Shown here in pieces: positions 45,731-57,369 of a stretch of 64,000 bases of DNA (its first letter is position 1; each line of letters starts with the position of its first letter). Location: contig CAWFKF010000053.1 of the NCBI GenBank assembly GCA_963816005.1, positions 42,200-106,199 of the forward strand. Direction: 5' to 3'. The notes beneath the pieces were generated by a model, which had not been told where the DNA came from, made no database searches, and saw only the letters and a list, made by a program, of their open reading frames with translations. Made by a program: the position numbers and the translations under genes. This DNA is from an uncultured Solirubrobacteraceae bacterium (GTDB taxonomy: Bacteria; Actinomycetota; Thermoleophilia; Solirubrobacterales; Solirubrobacteraceae).

Positions 45731-48285
45731 GGCTATCTATTTGAGTCAGGTAGTCTTGGGCCGTGCCGGCGGCAGGACGCGACTATCCGGGTTCCTACTA
45801 GTACTTTGTTAGTCTGTTAGAGGTGTTGTTCGTTGCACTCCGAACTGTTCCTGCATCAGTGTTCCTCGATGCGGGATGGTGCGGATGGCTGTTGTGGTGA
45901 TGGAGCAGGAGACGCCGACGGGGTCGTTGGCGCCGGCGGTGAAGGCGCGGATGGAGGCGTTCGTGGCGCAGGTCGCTGGCGCGGCGATGAGTCATCCGGC
46001 GCAGCGCGCGAACGCGGAGGTGTACGTCCGCGGGTTGTTGGCGGCCGGCGCGCGTAAGTCGCTTGAGCCGTTGGTCGAGCGACTCGACGGCGATGGGGAC
46101 TATCAGAGTCTGCAGCAGTTCCTCGCTGATAGTCCGTGGGATTCGGGGCGGTTGATGCAGGCGGTGGTGGAACGCGTCGCGCCGGTCGTTGGGGCGGAGG
46201 CGTGGGTGCTTGATGACACGGGGTTCCCGAAGGACGGCAGGCACTCTCCGGGGGTCAAGCGCCAGTACTCCGGGACGTTGGGAAAGATCGGTAACTGCCA
46301 GATCGGCGTGTCGCTGCACGCGGTGTCCGAGCGTGCCACGTTGCCGTTGGGATGGGCGCTGTATCTGCCGGAGGAGTGGTGCGCTGATCCGGAGCGCCGT
46401 CGAAAGGCGAAGATCCCCGAGGAAGTCGTGTTTCAGACCAAGCCGCAGCTCGGAGTCGGGCTGGTCAAGCAGGCTGCGGGCTGGGCGATCGACCGCGCGC
46501 CGGTGCTCGGTGACGCCGCATACGGCGAGAACACACAGCTGCGTTCAGAGCTCGACTCGAGCGGGATCGACTACGTCCTGTCGATCAACCCGGACACGAC
46601 GATCTTCGCGCCGGGGGCGGTGTTCGCGGTCCCCGAGCGCAAGCCCGGGAAACCCGGGCGCTCCCCCGCCGCGCACCACGCCGACCGCGATCCGATCTCG
46701 GTCGGCGAGTACGCCCAGACGCTCACCGATACGGACTTCCAGACCGTCACCTTCCGCGGCAGCGGCAAAACCCGCGTCTCCTCGCGGTTCGCGTTCGCCC
46801 GCATCACGGCCGCGCACCCGGTCACCCGCGACCGCCTCGCGCCCCGCGAGGAGTGGCTGATCATCGAGTGGCCCGAAGGCGCCGAGCACCCCAGCGACTA
46901 CTGGATCAGCAACCTCCCCGCCCGCACCAAGCCCGGGCGGCTCGCCAGGCTCGCCAGGCTGCGATGGATGATCGAGCTCGACTACCGCCAGCTCAAAGGC
47001 GAGCTCGGCCTCGACCACTACGAAGGACGCTCCTACCTCGGCTGGTATCACCACACCGGGCTCGTCACCACCGCGCACGCGTTCCTCACCCTCGAGCGCA
47101 CCGACCCAAAAGCCCAGCGGCGGGCCTCACGCTCCCCCAAGCGGTCCGCCTATTCATGCCCATCTTCGACTGCTGGTCCGGTCACTGCCACACCTGTCAA
47201 CGACCGATAGACCTCGCCGACCTACCCCTCCACGACACACCATTAGAGTAACAAAGTACTACTACGCGGAGCTGCTCTCCTGGTTCCCGGACGATGAAGC
47301 GTGCCTGGACTACCTGGAGTGGCTGCGCTGGCCGGACGGGGTCCGCTGTCCCCGCTGCGCGGGGCGCGATGGCTGGCGGCTGGGCAGCGGCCGCTGGGAG
47401 TGCGCGGTCTGCGGCCGCCAGGCGTCGGTGACCGCGGGGACGATCTTTCACGGCACGCGCACGCCGCTGCAGTTGTGGTTCGCCGCCGCTTGGCAGATGA
47501 CCAGTCAGAAGCACGGCGTGTCCGCGCTGGGGGTACAGCGGTCACTTGGACTGGGCTCCTACCAGACGGCGTGGGCGATGCTGCACCGCTACCGGGCGGC
47601 GATGGTCCGCCCTGGCCGCGAGCGGCTCTCGGGGCACGTCGAGGTCGATGAGGCGTACATCGGCGGTGTCGAGGACAAGGTCCACGGGCGCCAGACCGAG
47701 ACCAAGGCGATCGTCGCGATCGCCGTGGAGATCGAGAATCCCAAGCGGTTCGGGCGGATCCGCCTCGGACACGTGCCCGACGTCACCAAGGAGAGCATGC
47801 TGCCGTTCATCGACGGCGCGGTGCAGCCCGGCAGCACCATCCACACCGACGGCTGGCAGGCGTACCTGACGTTGGGCGACCGCGGCTACGAGCACGAGCG
47901 AACAGTGATGCGCCAGCAGAGCGATCCCGCCGATGTCGTGATGCCCGGCGTGCATCGCGTCGCCAGCCTGCTGCAGCGCTGGCTGCTGGGCACCCACCAG
48001 GGCGCGGTCACTCCCGAGCACCTCGACGCCTACCTCAACGAGTTCACCTTCCGCTTCAACCGCCGCCGCTCCACCCGCCGCGGCCTGCTCTTCTACCGAC
48101 TGCTCGAACAAGCGATCCTCGCCGAGCCGATCACCTACCGCAGCCTGATCGCCAACCCCAGCCCCACCGGACGCAGGCCAACCCGCGCGACCCCAGCCCG
48201 GCCGCGTCGCCACCGTGGCGGCCGTGCACCGTCCCTGGCGGCAATCGCCCGCAAATACTGGTCTCCCTGAGTCAAATAGATAGCC
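45731..48285 (+). mobile_element. IS1595-family element interrupted by IS701
   Basis: IRs GGCTATCTATTTGA(G/C)TCAGG; Zn ribbon, VEVDEAY, HTDG, YLNEFTFRFN motifs. Confidence 0.88.
45799..47261 (+). mobile_element. IS701-family element, transposase 45876-47210
   Basis: TIR TAGTACTTTGTTA, CTAC duplication; LDDTGFPKDG motif. Confidence 0.9.
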
Positions 48286-48698
48286 CCTTGTCGCCATTTC
48301 GGCACTTTCAATCACGCTGCCGCTCACGGCCGACTCCAGAACCGCGACCGAAGCGTGCGTCGCGAACAAATGCAGGGCCGCCGGGGCACAATGACGACTC
48401 TCTGCTCCTGCCAATTGCGAGACCACATGCCCGGCTTCGCAGCGCACTGGCCGAGTCGCCGACCGCGCAACACGGCCTCGGATCCGGTCCTCGGGTTTAG
48501 GCAGGGATGGACGGGAGAACCGCCGGGGCCGGCTCATCTCATGCGAGCGAAACCCGCATTTACCAGGGCTTCCCGCCGGTCGCCCCACCGCCACCCGGAC
48601 ATCACCCGAGCTGGAACCATCGACGCCGACATGCCACAGCAACCTACGCAATTGCAGGCGTATTGAGTTACCGGGTCTGGTATGACGCCGCGCCGGCG

Positions 48699-48929
48699 TC
48701 AGCTGGCGAGTCGTTCGTCGTCGGCGATGATGCTGGCGAGGCGTCGTAGTAGCGGTAGCGGCCCGGCGTGGGTGCCTTGCCCGGTCATCGTGTTGTGTTC
48801 GTCGATCGTGCCGGTGACGGCGATGAACGCTTGGGCGGTGGCGTCGAGGATGACCGTCTCCTGATCGCCTTCGAGCTCATAGCAGACGATCCGGTAGCGG
48901 GTCTCGGGGATCGCGGTCGGGTCGGGCAT
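48699..48929 (-). CDS. Small hypothetical protein
   Basis: Natural-looking 76-aa ORF with GC-rich third positions. Confidence 0.5.
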   Translation of the reverse strand: MPDPTAIPETRYRIVCYELEGDQETVILDATAQAFIAVTGTIDEHNTMTGQGTHAGPLPLLRRLASIIADDERLAS

Positions 48930-49220
48930 CGCCGGTCAGGCCGCGAGGCTGGTTGCGGACGCGCGAGCAGGCAGCTTGATCAGCTCGCTGGCGGCGGGCT
49001 GGCGGGAGCGCTGGGCGCTGACCACTCTGACGCGGTGACGGCAACCACCGCCACCACCTTCGCCCCAGGCTACATAATCCCTGCTGAACCCGCTAAATCA
49101 GTACTCCTCCGGCTAGAAATCGAAGGGATTCTCGCGTCCCGGGGCTACACATACCATCCGTGACCCTGATCGGCGGCCGCTCCCCTCCTCACAAAATCCC
49201 TGCAAATCTGGGCAAATAAA

Positions 49221-49262
49221 TCGGGGCGCCCGGATTTGAACCGGGGACCTCACCGACCCGAA
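49221..49262 (-). other. 3' half of tRNA-Pro(CGG): probable att site of an integrated island
   Basis: Minus strand TTCGGGTCGGTGAGGTCCCCGGTTCAAATCCGGGCGCCCCGA; 5' half absent. Confidence 0.75.
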
Positions 49263-50640
49263 TTATGGGCGAAATCCACCCCGCTGATGGAAAAGCTCTG
49301 CAAATCCGGTGGTTGTAGTTCCGATCCACCTCCTCTCAAATCCTCGGTTTTTGCGGTGGATTCCCGGGGTTTAGGCAGCGAGATCAAGTTGCTGCCCAAC
49401 GCCGACACCGGCGACAGCGCCCGGCCTGTCGGCTCTTGCCGGTCGTTCCCGCCAGCCGCCGGGCTGGCCGCCGCCCAAGCGCCGAACACGCGGCTGACCA
49501 CGCTCGCCGCCGGCCAGTCTCCTTCGGCCAGGCGCTGGAGCGCCTCTCCCCCGCGCCGGCGCGCGTGGGTGCGCGACCAGTCGTACGAGGACGGCAGCCT
49601 GCCGTAACGACGGCGCCAGTCGAGCATCGCCTCGATTACGCGCTCCCGGGTCCAGCGACGCTCGATCGCGCCGGGGTGGCAGGCCTTGCAGTAGGCGTAG
49701 GCGTCGCCCTTTCCGTTGCGCGGCTGGGTGTAGGCGCCGCAGCCGCGGCAAACGCCCGCGTACCGGGCCTTGACCGCCCGCGCCTTCTCGCCGGTCGGCT
49801 CGGCTGAGGTAGGGCCTCGGCGAGGTGCCTTGCGGTCCTTTTCCGAGACCCCCCTCCCGAACCCGGCGTGACCATTTCTGATCACCGGGCTCTCCAGCGA
49901 CTATTCCGTGGTTTCACGGAGGACACTCAATACCGTTTCGGCGTTCTGCATTACGCATACCTCCCGGTTCTCGGATGTCCAGTCACCTGTGCCCCTTCGC
50001 CCTGTGGACGGCTTTCCCGTCCTCCCTGGTGCGGCGTGACTCGCACGACTACTATGGGCACTCCGTCACCATGGGGCTCGCGCCCCGCAGGTGATCCCGC
50101 GTTCGTCCCTGTTATACGTCCGAGCACGACGTAGGCGTCCCACTCATCCCCTTGATTGCCCTCGCTGGGCAACGCTCCACGCTCCGGAGGTTGCGGCGAC
50201 CCTTCTACGATGCCGCCGCAGAGCGTGGCGCCGGTCTCGGGTGTCTTTCCGGCGGACTGGCCTTTACGTCTTCTGGGGATTGGGATATCAGGCAATCCAG
50301 CTTTCGCCATATCGCGCGGGTCTCGCGACGCGCCGCCCCTGACACCTGGGCTCGACCGCCGCTTTTCTGGCATGCGCTTGTCCCGCTCACCTTTCGGATC
50401 GCAGTAAGCCATCAGACCCAAGGACCCTCCTCCGAGTCCCTCCCGGCTGCGCCGGGGATACAACAGGGCGCCTCGCGGCGCATTAGAAGTACGCCTTGAC
50501 CGTCGCCGGAGAGCGACCGAGCCGATCGGCGATCTGCCGAACCGCGAGCCGTCGAACTCGCGGTAACGGCGAGCCAGCGCGACAGCGCGGCGACGTTCAA
50601 CGACCCGATCGACCACCCCCGCGGAGGCGTTCGGCGCCAT
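49250..50640 (-). pseudogene. HTH plus Zn-finger (CxxC..CxxC) protein gene interrupted by an intron, with a frameshift near the 5' end
   Basis: QIADRLGRSPATVKAYF Y|EPTGEKARAVK...CRGC...CKAC rejoin. Confidence 0.65.
49803..50483 (-). mobile_element. ORF-deleted ML-like group II intron (5' ATGCG)
   Basis: DV GAGCCCGGTGATCAGAAATGGTCACGCCGGGTTC; stub MQNAETVLSVLRE*; EBS1 UAGAAG pairs with exon CUUCUA. Confidence 0.82.
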
Positions 50641-50757
50641 GTTCGCGACGGTACCGCTGTGGCTTGGCGTTATCGCCGAGGTGCCACGACCCGCTCGCTC
50701 ATCGCGCGGCCGGCCGAGCCGATCGGCATGCGCCGACGGAAACGCAGCGGGGTGCGA

Positions 50758-51150
50758 TCAAGGCTCTTGGCGCCTGACGGTTGCGACACGGTCGATAGAC
50801 CTGTCGAAGGACAGGATCGTTCCGATCTCGGTGGTCTCAGCCAGCGCCACGAGATACGCCTCGGCGAAGTCCAGGCGATCCAGCTCGTAGACCTCAAGGG
50901 AACGCAGCAGCGTGGCACGGTCGACGGTCTTGATCGACGGGAGCGCAAGCGCCGCCCGCATGAGCTCTGCAACGCGCTCGCGCTCCACCTCGTAGTAGGA
51001 CTCGAGCACATAGACGCACTCGGCGACGACGAGGTCAGCGAGCAGCAGCTCGTCGGCGGCGCTCAGCGCGGCTGTCGCCCGCGCCGCCATCGCCGGCGAG
51101 TCACCGGTCAGATGCCGAATCAAGACATTGGTGTCGACGAACGCGCTCAG
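50758..51150 (-). CDS. vapC: PIN-domain toxin
   Basis: FVDTNVLIR, VVAECVYVL, LDFAEAY, SFDR motifs. Confidence 0.85.
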   Translation of the reverse strand: MSAFVDTNVLIRHLTGDSPAMAARATAALSAADELLLADLVVAECVYVLESYYEVERERVAELMRAALALPSIKTVDRATLLRSLEVYELDRLDFAEAYLVALAETTEIGTILSFDRSIDRVATVRRQEP

Positions 51151-51395
51151 TGACGTCGCCTCGCGCGCGCCTCGCGGGTGGCGCGCAGCACCTCGTCCCA
51201 CGCTGTTCCGCGCTTCGCAGCCGGAACCGAAACGCTGCCGGCGAGCTCTAGAAAGTCCGGCGTCTTGGCGATCACCGCTCGTGCATGCTCGACTCGGAAG
51301 AGGAGCTCGTCGCCCTCGGCGAGCCCCAACGCGTCCCGCACATCCTTCGGGATCGTGACCTGCCCTTTCGAAGTGATCCTGGCGCTCGAATCCAT
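51147..51395 (-). CDS. AbrB/MazE-type antitoxin
   Basis: ITSKGQVTIPKDVRDALGL; overlaps the PIN gene. Confidence 0.88.
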   Translation of the reverse strand: MDSSARITSKGQVTIPKDVRDALGLAEGDELLFRVEHARAVIAKTPDFLELAGSVSVPAAKRGTAWDEVLRATREARARRRH

Positions 51396-51839
51396 ATCCG
51401 CTCCTTACCTGCGACCGATAGTAAGGATAGCGCCTGTCGCCCCAAGGCAATCGCGCCCAGGCCGACGGCCGCATCGTCGCCACGGTCTCGCCTTCCGCGC
51501 ACAATGCAAGTCCGAGGCCGCCTGAGGGTCGAGAGACGTGCAACGCCGGCGGAGCAGGGCGTGCGCACGAGACCTGCCTTTCTCACAACGCAGAGCAGGC
51601 CGCAACGTACGGTGGTAGACACGCAGCTGGCGAATTACGCGACTCGCCACCTCTCTCCGTCGAGACCTGGATTCAGCGCGGCAGAAGCAAGCACGGTTCG
51701 TGACCCCGGTCTTGTGTCCGCTGCTATCCGCAGCCGGTTACGTGGGCGACGGCGAGGCCTTGAGCACGTTCTCCAGATCGCTCGCCGTCGGGATGGTACG
51801 GTCGCGACTACGCAGGGAGAACGGACCTAGGAGGTAGCC

Positions 51840-52133
51840 ATGTATGCGCGCGTCGTCACTAACCGCATCCAGCCCGGCAAGGTCGACGAGTGGTTCGCGA
51901 TCGTTCGCGATTCGATCGTCCCTGCCCTCCGGGAGCTCGAGGGCTTCAAGGGCTTCGTAGCGATGGTCGACCGAGCCAACGACCGGACGATCGGCTACAG
52001 CATATGGGAGACGGCTGAGGCCCTCGCTGCCAGCGAGGAGAGCGGCAATTACCGCGCTCAGATCGCCAAACTCGGCGATGTCCTCGCTGAGCCGCCCAAC
52101 CGCGACCAGTACGAGCTGACGGTGCTCGCCTAG
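51840..52133 (+). CDS. Antibiotic biosynthesis monooxygenase-like protein
   Basis: MYARV...QPGKVDE...GFKG...SIWET; RBS GGAGG. Confidence 0.75.
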   Translation: MYARVVTNRIQPGKVDEWFAIVRDSIVPALRELEGFKGFVAMVDRANDRTIGYSIWETAEALAASEESGNYRAQIAKLGDVLAEPPNRDQYELTVLA

Positions 52134-52190
52134 CGAACGACGCCGGTCTCGCTTGGCCACCGGCTCCGGGCGGCGACCGATCAGGGTGGA

Positions 52191-52547
52191 TTGTACTTCG
52201 AGGTCCACGAGCTCAGCCAGACCTCCGCCGATGTCACCGAGGGCACACCGGCCGGCGTCGGCATCAACTGGGAGCGACGCCCGTACAACTGGTCGCAGCC
52301 CGGCTCCGTCAAGGCAGTCGTCACCGATTCCAACGTCTACCAACCGGCGAACAGCAGCCGGGAACTCCGAGCCACACCAGCCGAGAGCGGAAGCAAGGTC
52401 GAGATGATCTGGATCCGCGAGTTCACGCACGACGCGCGCGGGAGGATCTTCGGGACCCTGTTCAGGCTGATCGGGAAGCTCGTCTTCACTCGCGAAGCCA
52501 ACCGTGCGATCAGCAACCTCGAGCGTCTGGCGGTCAGCACCGGTTAG
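52191..52547 (+). CDS. SRPBCC-like protein (possibly 5'-truncated)
   Basis: Fold-like pattern ending in an amphipathic helix. Confidence 0.45.
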   Translation: MYFEVHELSQTSADVTEGTPAGVGINWERRPYNWSQPGSVKAVVTDSNVYQPANSSRELRATPAESGSKVEMIWIREFTHDARGRIFGTLFRLIGKLVFTREANRAISNLERLAVSTG

Positions 52548-52568
52548 CTCAGTCAGGCTGACTCTTTA

Positions 52569-55500
52569 GGGTGCAGGTCGTTTGTAGTGGGTAGATAGTC
52601 CTGATTTGTCGGGCGAATGGCGCGTCGGTCGGCGCTTTCTGGCCGGGTTATGCCCGCGGTTTCGGGAGGACTCCCGGTGAGCTGCGGCGAAAGTCAGGGG
52701 TGTTGTGTCTTTTTCGGACCGCGATACGGAGGTGATCGCGTGGCTCCTGATCTGCTGGACTTGTTCGTCGGCGCCCGGCAAGCTAACGGCTCTGTGAGCG
52801 AGCCGTCGTTGCCGTTGGTGGATGGTGATCGGCAGCCCGCGGGTGGCGAGGACCCGCGCGCGGCGGGGTCGGATGCGCGCCCGGTCGCGGGGTTTGAGCG
52901 CTCGCAGGCTCTGTTTGCGAGGTTGCTCGAGTGGGCGGCGGGCGAGGAGGCGTTGGGGCTTGAGCATTCAGGGCTCGAGGCGCGGCTGGTCAAGGACGGT
53001 CGTGAGTTAGCCCGCCAGGTGTTGCAGGACCAGCTCGATCTGCGCGCTGTGCTCGAGCCGCGCGTCGGTGGGGTGATCGGCGCTGAGGGCACGCCGCGGC
53101 GTAGTGTCGAGCGTGGCCACGAGCGCGATCTGCACACCGTGCTTGGCGAGGTGCAGGTCACGCGGCTGGCCTACCGGGCGGTGGGCAGCGAGAACTTGTA
53201 TCCCGCTGACGCGCAGCTGAACCTTCCCGCCTCGCGCCACTCGCATGGGATCCGCAGGCTGGCCGCGCTGGAAGCGCCGCGCGGCAGCTTTGAGGACGCG
53301 CAGGCCGCGATCGTGCGTCAGAGCGGCCAGCAGATCGGCACCCGTCAGCTCAGAGAGCTGACGCTCTCAGCCGCCCAAGACGTTGCTGCGTTCTACGCGC
53401 AGCGCGAGCGCACAGCGCCAGAGGAAAAGGATCTGCTGGTGCTCTCGTGCGATGCCAAGGGGGTGGTGATGCGCCCCGAGGCGCTGCGTGAGCCGACTCG
53501 CACCCAGGCGCACAGCGCCTCGGGCAAGCTCAAGACGCGCCTGTCCAAGGGCGAGAAGTCCAATCGCAAGCGGATGGCGGAGATCGTCACCGTGTACGAA
53601 CTCACCCCCGAGCCGCGCACCGCGGCCGACATCCTGCCCGACCCCGACAACCCTCCACCTTCAGCCACCCCGCGACCGAAGGCGAAGAACAAGTGGCTGG
53701 CCGCCAGTGTCACCGACGACGCCAGAGCGGTCATCGCTGGGATGCTCAACGAGGCCGACCGCCGCGATCCCGACCACAAGCGTCGGTGGGTGGCGCTGGT
53801 GGACGGGAACAATCACCAGATCGACCGGATCAAGACCGAAGCCCGCAAACGCAAGGTCAAGGTCCCGATCGTCGTTGACTTCATCCACGTCCTTGACAAA
53901 CTGTGTCTGCACTGCACACTTACCTTTCTGCGTTGGTCACTTGGTCTGATCCGTCCTGCTGTTTCTTTGCGATTGCAGGATCTTTCGCCGGTTGTTGGTG
54001 TCGGCTGCGCTTGGGTGTGAGGTCGTCTGGACCGAATGACAGTCCGCTGGTTGGGGCTGGCTGCTGTCGAACAGCCTGCCATATTGGGGTTGGTTGGCGG
54101 GAATCTCGATCGCCAGGCCGCTGCGTCGGCCGCGGTTGACGTGAATCGCGTTCAGTTCGCCGCGCTTGGTGCGGTCGAGCACGGTCTGGCGGGCGACCCC
54201 GAGGATGTGTGCGGCTTCTTTGAGGGTGACCCAGCCTGTTGGCAGGTCGGGCACGATCTTCGCGCGGAGCTGGTCGTCGACGCGAATGTTCCACGGGCCG
54301 CCGGGGGTGAGTTGGAAGCCGTGGATGAACCCGGCGCGTAGCCAGCGATACAGCGTCGCGTCGGAGACGCCCAGCTCGCGCCTGGCCCGGGTTAGGCTCA
54401 TGATCTGCGCGTCATGATCCTCGCTGCTGGGCTGGTGTGGTGGGGCGGCGGGGATCCCGCGGCTCTGGCGCAGCGCGTTGACGCGCTCGCGTGTGAAGCC
54501 AAGGCCCTTGGCGGTCTTGCGTCTCTGGCGGGAGAGGATCCGCGCGATCTCTGTGTCGTTGTAGTGACTGGCCAGACGGCGCACGAGCTCGACGGTGTCC
54601 TCGTCGGTAGCGGGGATATGCCATCCGCGCCTCGGTGCCGGCAACGCCCGCTCTACACACGCGCCGCCCTCGAACCAGATCTGCAGCCTCGCTTCCTTGG
54701 TGTCACTATCGACCGTGACAGTCACTTCCGAGAGCACGGTCCGCAGCAGCTGCTTGCGCTCAGCCATGGTGGTGCTGTCGGCCTCGAAGACAGCGCGCAG
54801 GTCAGCACCCGCGCGCGCAAGCCAGGCCGCCTCTTCGTCGGTCAGTGACACAGGCCTGCGGGTGCGTTGCTCCTCGAGCGAGCGCTCGGCGCGCTGCACC
54901 TCGGCCAGACGCGCCTCCCACTCAGCCTCGAGGCCTCTGGCCACCAGCCGGTTCTCGGGCTCGACGGAGTCGAACTGACGTCTGGCGCGGTCGGCCTCAT
55001 AGCGGGCGCGCTCGAGCGCGGCCTGAAACGCGCCCAGGCGCTGCTGGTGCTCGGCCTCGGCGTGCGCCAGCGCGCTGGCCGACGCCAGCAGGCCAGCGGG
55101 CTCGAGCGCCCCGAACACGGCGTCGAGCACCGACCTGATCGACGCGACCGCCGCCGATCTGCTGACAGACCTCGCGCGAGCCCGTCTGGTAGGCCGCACG
55201 CGCACACGCGTACACAGGCCGCGCCGCGCGCGCGGCTCCCCAGTAGCCGACCTGCATCCGCCGTCCACAGCGGCCGCACACAACCAGGCCTTGAAGCAGC
55301 GCCCTGCCCTCCCGCGGCGCGCCACCACCCTCGCCCTGTGGCACGCGCCGGTTGGCGGCCAGGCGCTGCTGGTTTTCCAGGTACGTCTCCCAATCGATGT
55401 AACCCGGATGATGCCCCACGATGCACACCTGCCACTCCTCCCGCGCTACCTGCCGGGTCGAGACCGTCACCCGCCCGGTCTGATCCACTGACTTCTGCTG

Positions 55501-57343
55501 GCGGGTGCGGCCGAACACGAACGCCCCCGCATACGCCGGCTTGACCAGAATCTCACGCACCGCGCGATACGTGGCATCAACCCAACTGACCTTCACTTCG
55601 CCCGGCTTGCGCCGCGGCAGCTTCAACTCGTCTGCACGCAGCGAGAGCAGCACCTGCCGCCCCGAGGTCAGACTCCGAAAGCGCTCAAACACCTCGGCGA
55701 TCGCGGTGCGAACCGCCTCATCGCGCGCCAGCACGATCATTCCCTGCTCGTCGTAATCCAACCCCACCGGCACCAGCATCCGCAGCTCACCCTTCGCGGC
55801 TTTGTGCAAACGCGCGGCACTCAGCCGCTGGCGGAGCAGGTGCAACTCCGCCTCGGCCATCGTGCCCTTCAATCCCAACACCAGCCGCGAGTTATAGTCG
55901 GCCGGGTGATACACGCCGTCACCGTCAGCGATCAGTGTGTCAGTCAGCGCGCACAGGTCCATCAGGTTGTACCAGTCAGCGTTTCGCCGCGCCAGCCGCG
56001 AGACCTCGATCCCCAACACCAACCCCACGTGCGCGAGGCCGACCTCGGCCACCAGCCGCTGAAACCCGCCGCGATTATCGGACTCCGAGCCGCGGCGCCC
56101 TTGATCCTCATCGATGATCACCACCCGCTCGCGATCCCAGCCCAGTGACACCGCTCGCTCCACCAGCTCGTACTGACGCTCGCGGCTCTCGACATTGTTG
56201 AGAACCTGGCCCGGACTTGACTGGCGGATATACACAACCGCCAACCGACCGAGCTGCGCAGCGGTCGGACGTGACAACTCATTCACGATCTCACTCCTCT
56301 CCCTCGACGATCACACTGCGCGCGATCAGACGCGCAAACAGCGACAACACTTCGGCCTGCGTCTCATCCGACAGGCCCGCCCACAACTGCTCGCCCGTCG
56401 GCTCGGCGACGTCCTCCGGCACGCTCATGGTCAGCTGCACCGCCGCGGCTCCGGCTATCCTGAGCCTTCGCAACTTGGCTCACCTCCACATCTCGTTGGC
56501 GCGAATGTCGAGGAAGAGCCTAGGCCGCGCGGCGGCGGGTCCCGCGGCTCCCAGAGCCGCGGGACTTCGCCACCAATAACGCCCGCAACCGCCTCACCCC
56601 ATCCGCCGAAAGCACGGTGCCCGGACTGGACTCCGCAGCCGGCTGCCAGCCGAGCACATCCGTCGCCGCGGCCGCGACCATCCCCGCCGAGCCATCCGGC
56701 AGCCGCACCTCCAGCATCAGCTCGCCGGCCAGGCGCCGGAAGCCTCGCGCCGGCAGCACATGCCCGCACAGCGGATGGCGACGCGCGGTGACGCGAACCT
56801 CGCAAGGCAGAAGCTCACGAAGACGCTGCAGTGTGGCCGGGGTTACGAGTACCTATGGTCAGGCTGCTGGTGCTTCTTTGAAGAGGGTGACCCGGCCGCC
56901 GAACGGTGGGTGCACGAGAAGGCGCGCGCCGTGCTGGAGGGCAAGGCGGGGATCGTCGCCGCCGCGATCCGCCGCAAAGCGACCCGCCTCGCGCTCGAGC
57001 CCAACAAGCGCCAAGCCGCCGACCGCTGCGCCGACTACCTCCTCGCGAAACGACCCTACCTCGACTACCCCACCGCCCTTCAGAACGGCTGGCCGATCGC
57101 GACGGGCGTGATCGAGGGCGCCTGCCGCCACCTCGTCAAAGACCGCATGGACATCACCGGCGCCCGCTGGGGCCTGGCCGGCGCCGAGGCGATCCTCACA
57201 CTCCGCGCGCTGATCAGCAACGACGACTTCGACCAATACTGGACCTTCCACCTCGCCCAAGAACACTGCCGCATTCACGCATCACGCTACGCCCTCGGCG
57301 TCATCCCGGCACCCGCGTAACTCCCTCCAATGGACCTGCACCC
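52569..57343 (+). mobile_element. ISKra4-like IS split by serine-recombinase element 2
   Basis: TIR GGGTGCAGGTC, 9-bp TSD GACTCTTTA; transposase rejoins DFIHVL|EYLW...PIATGVIEGAC. Confidence 0.88.
53897..56848 (-). mobile_element. Minimal large-serine-recombinase element 2 (recombinase 56286-53937, frameshift at ~55130)
   Basis: Only GA duplicated at the junctions; YIRQSS, EVSRLARR, CGRCG; small upstream ORFs as in element 1. Confidence 0.82.
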
Positions 57344-57369
57344 GACTCTTTACGCCCAGAACTCCTGGA

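Noticed and set aside
45718-48297. Target duplication for IS1595 (TTGTCGCCA on both sides)
   Set aside because: The repeat does not abut the IRs consistently, so a clean TSD cannot be called.
48300-48665. Possible IS end or ncRNA (also 1150-1600, 41345-41555, 61000-61330)
   Set aside because: No partner repeat, motif or credible ORF could be identified by eye.
49221-49300. Complete tRNA gene
   Set aside because: D arm and 5' acceptor strand are absent.
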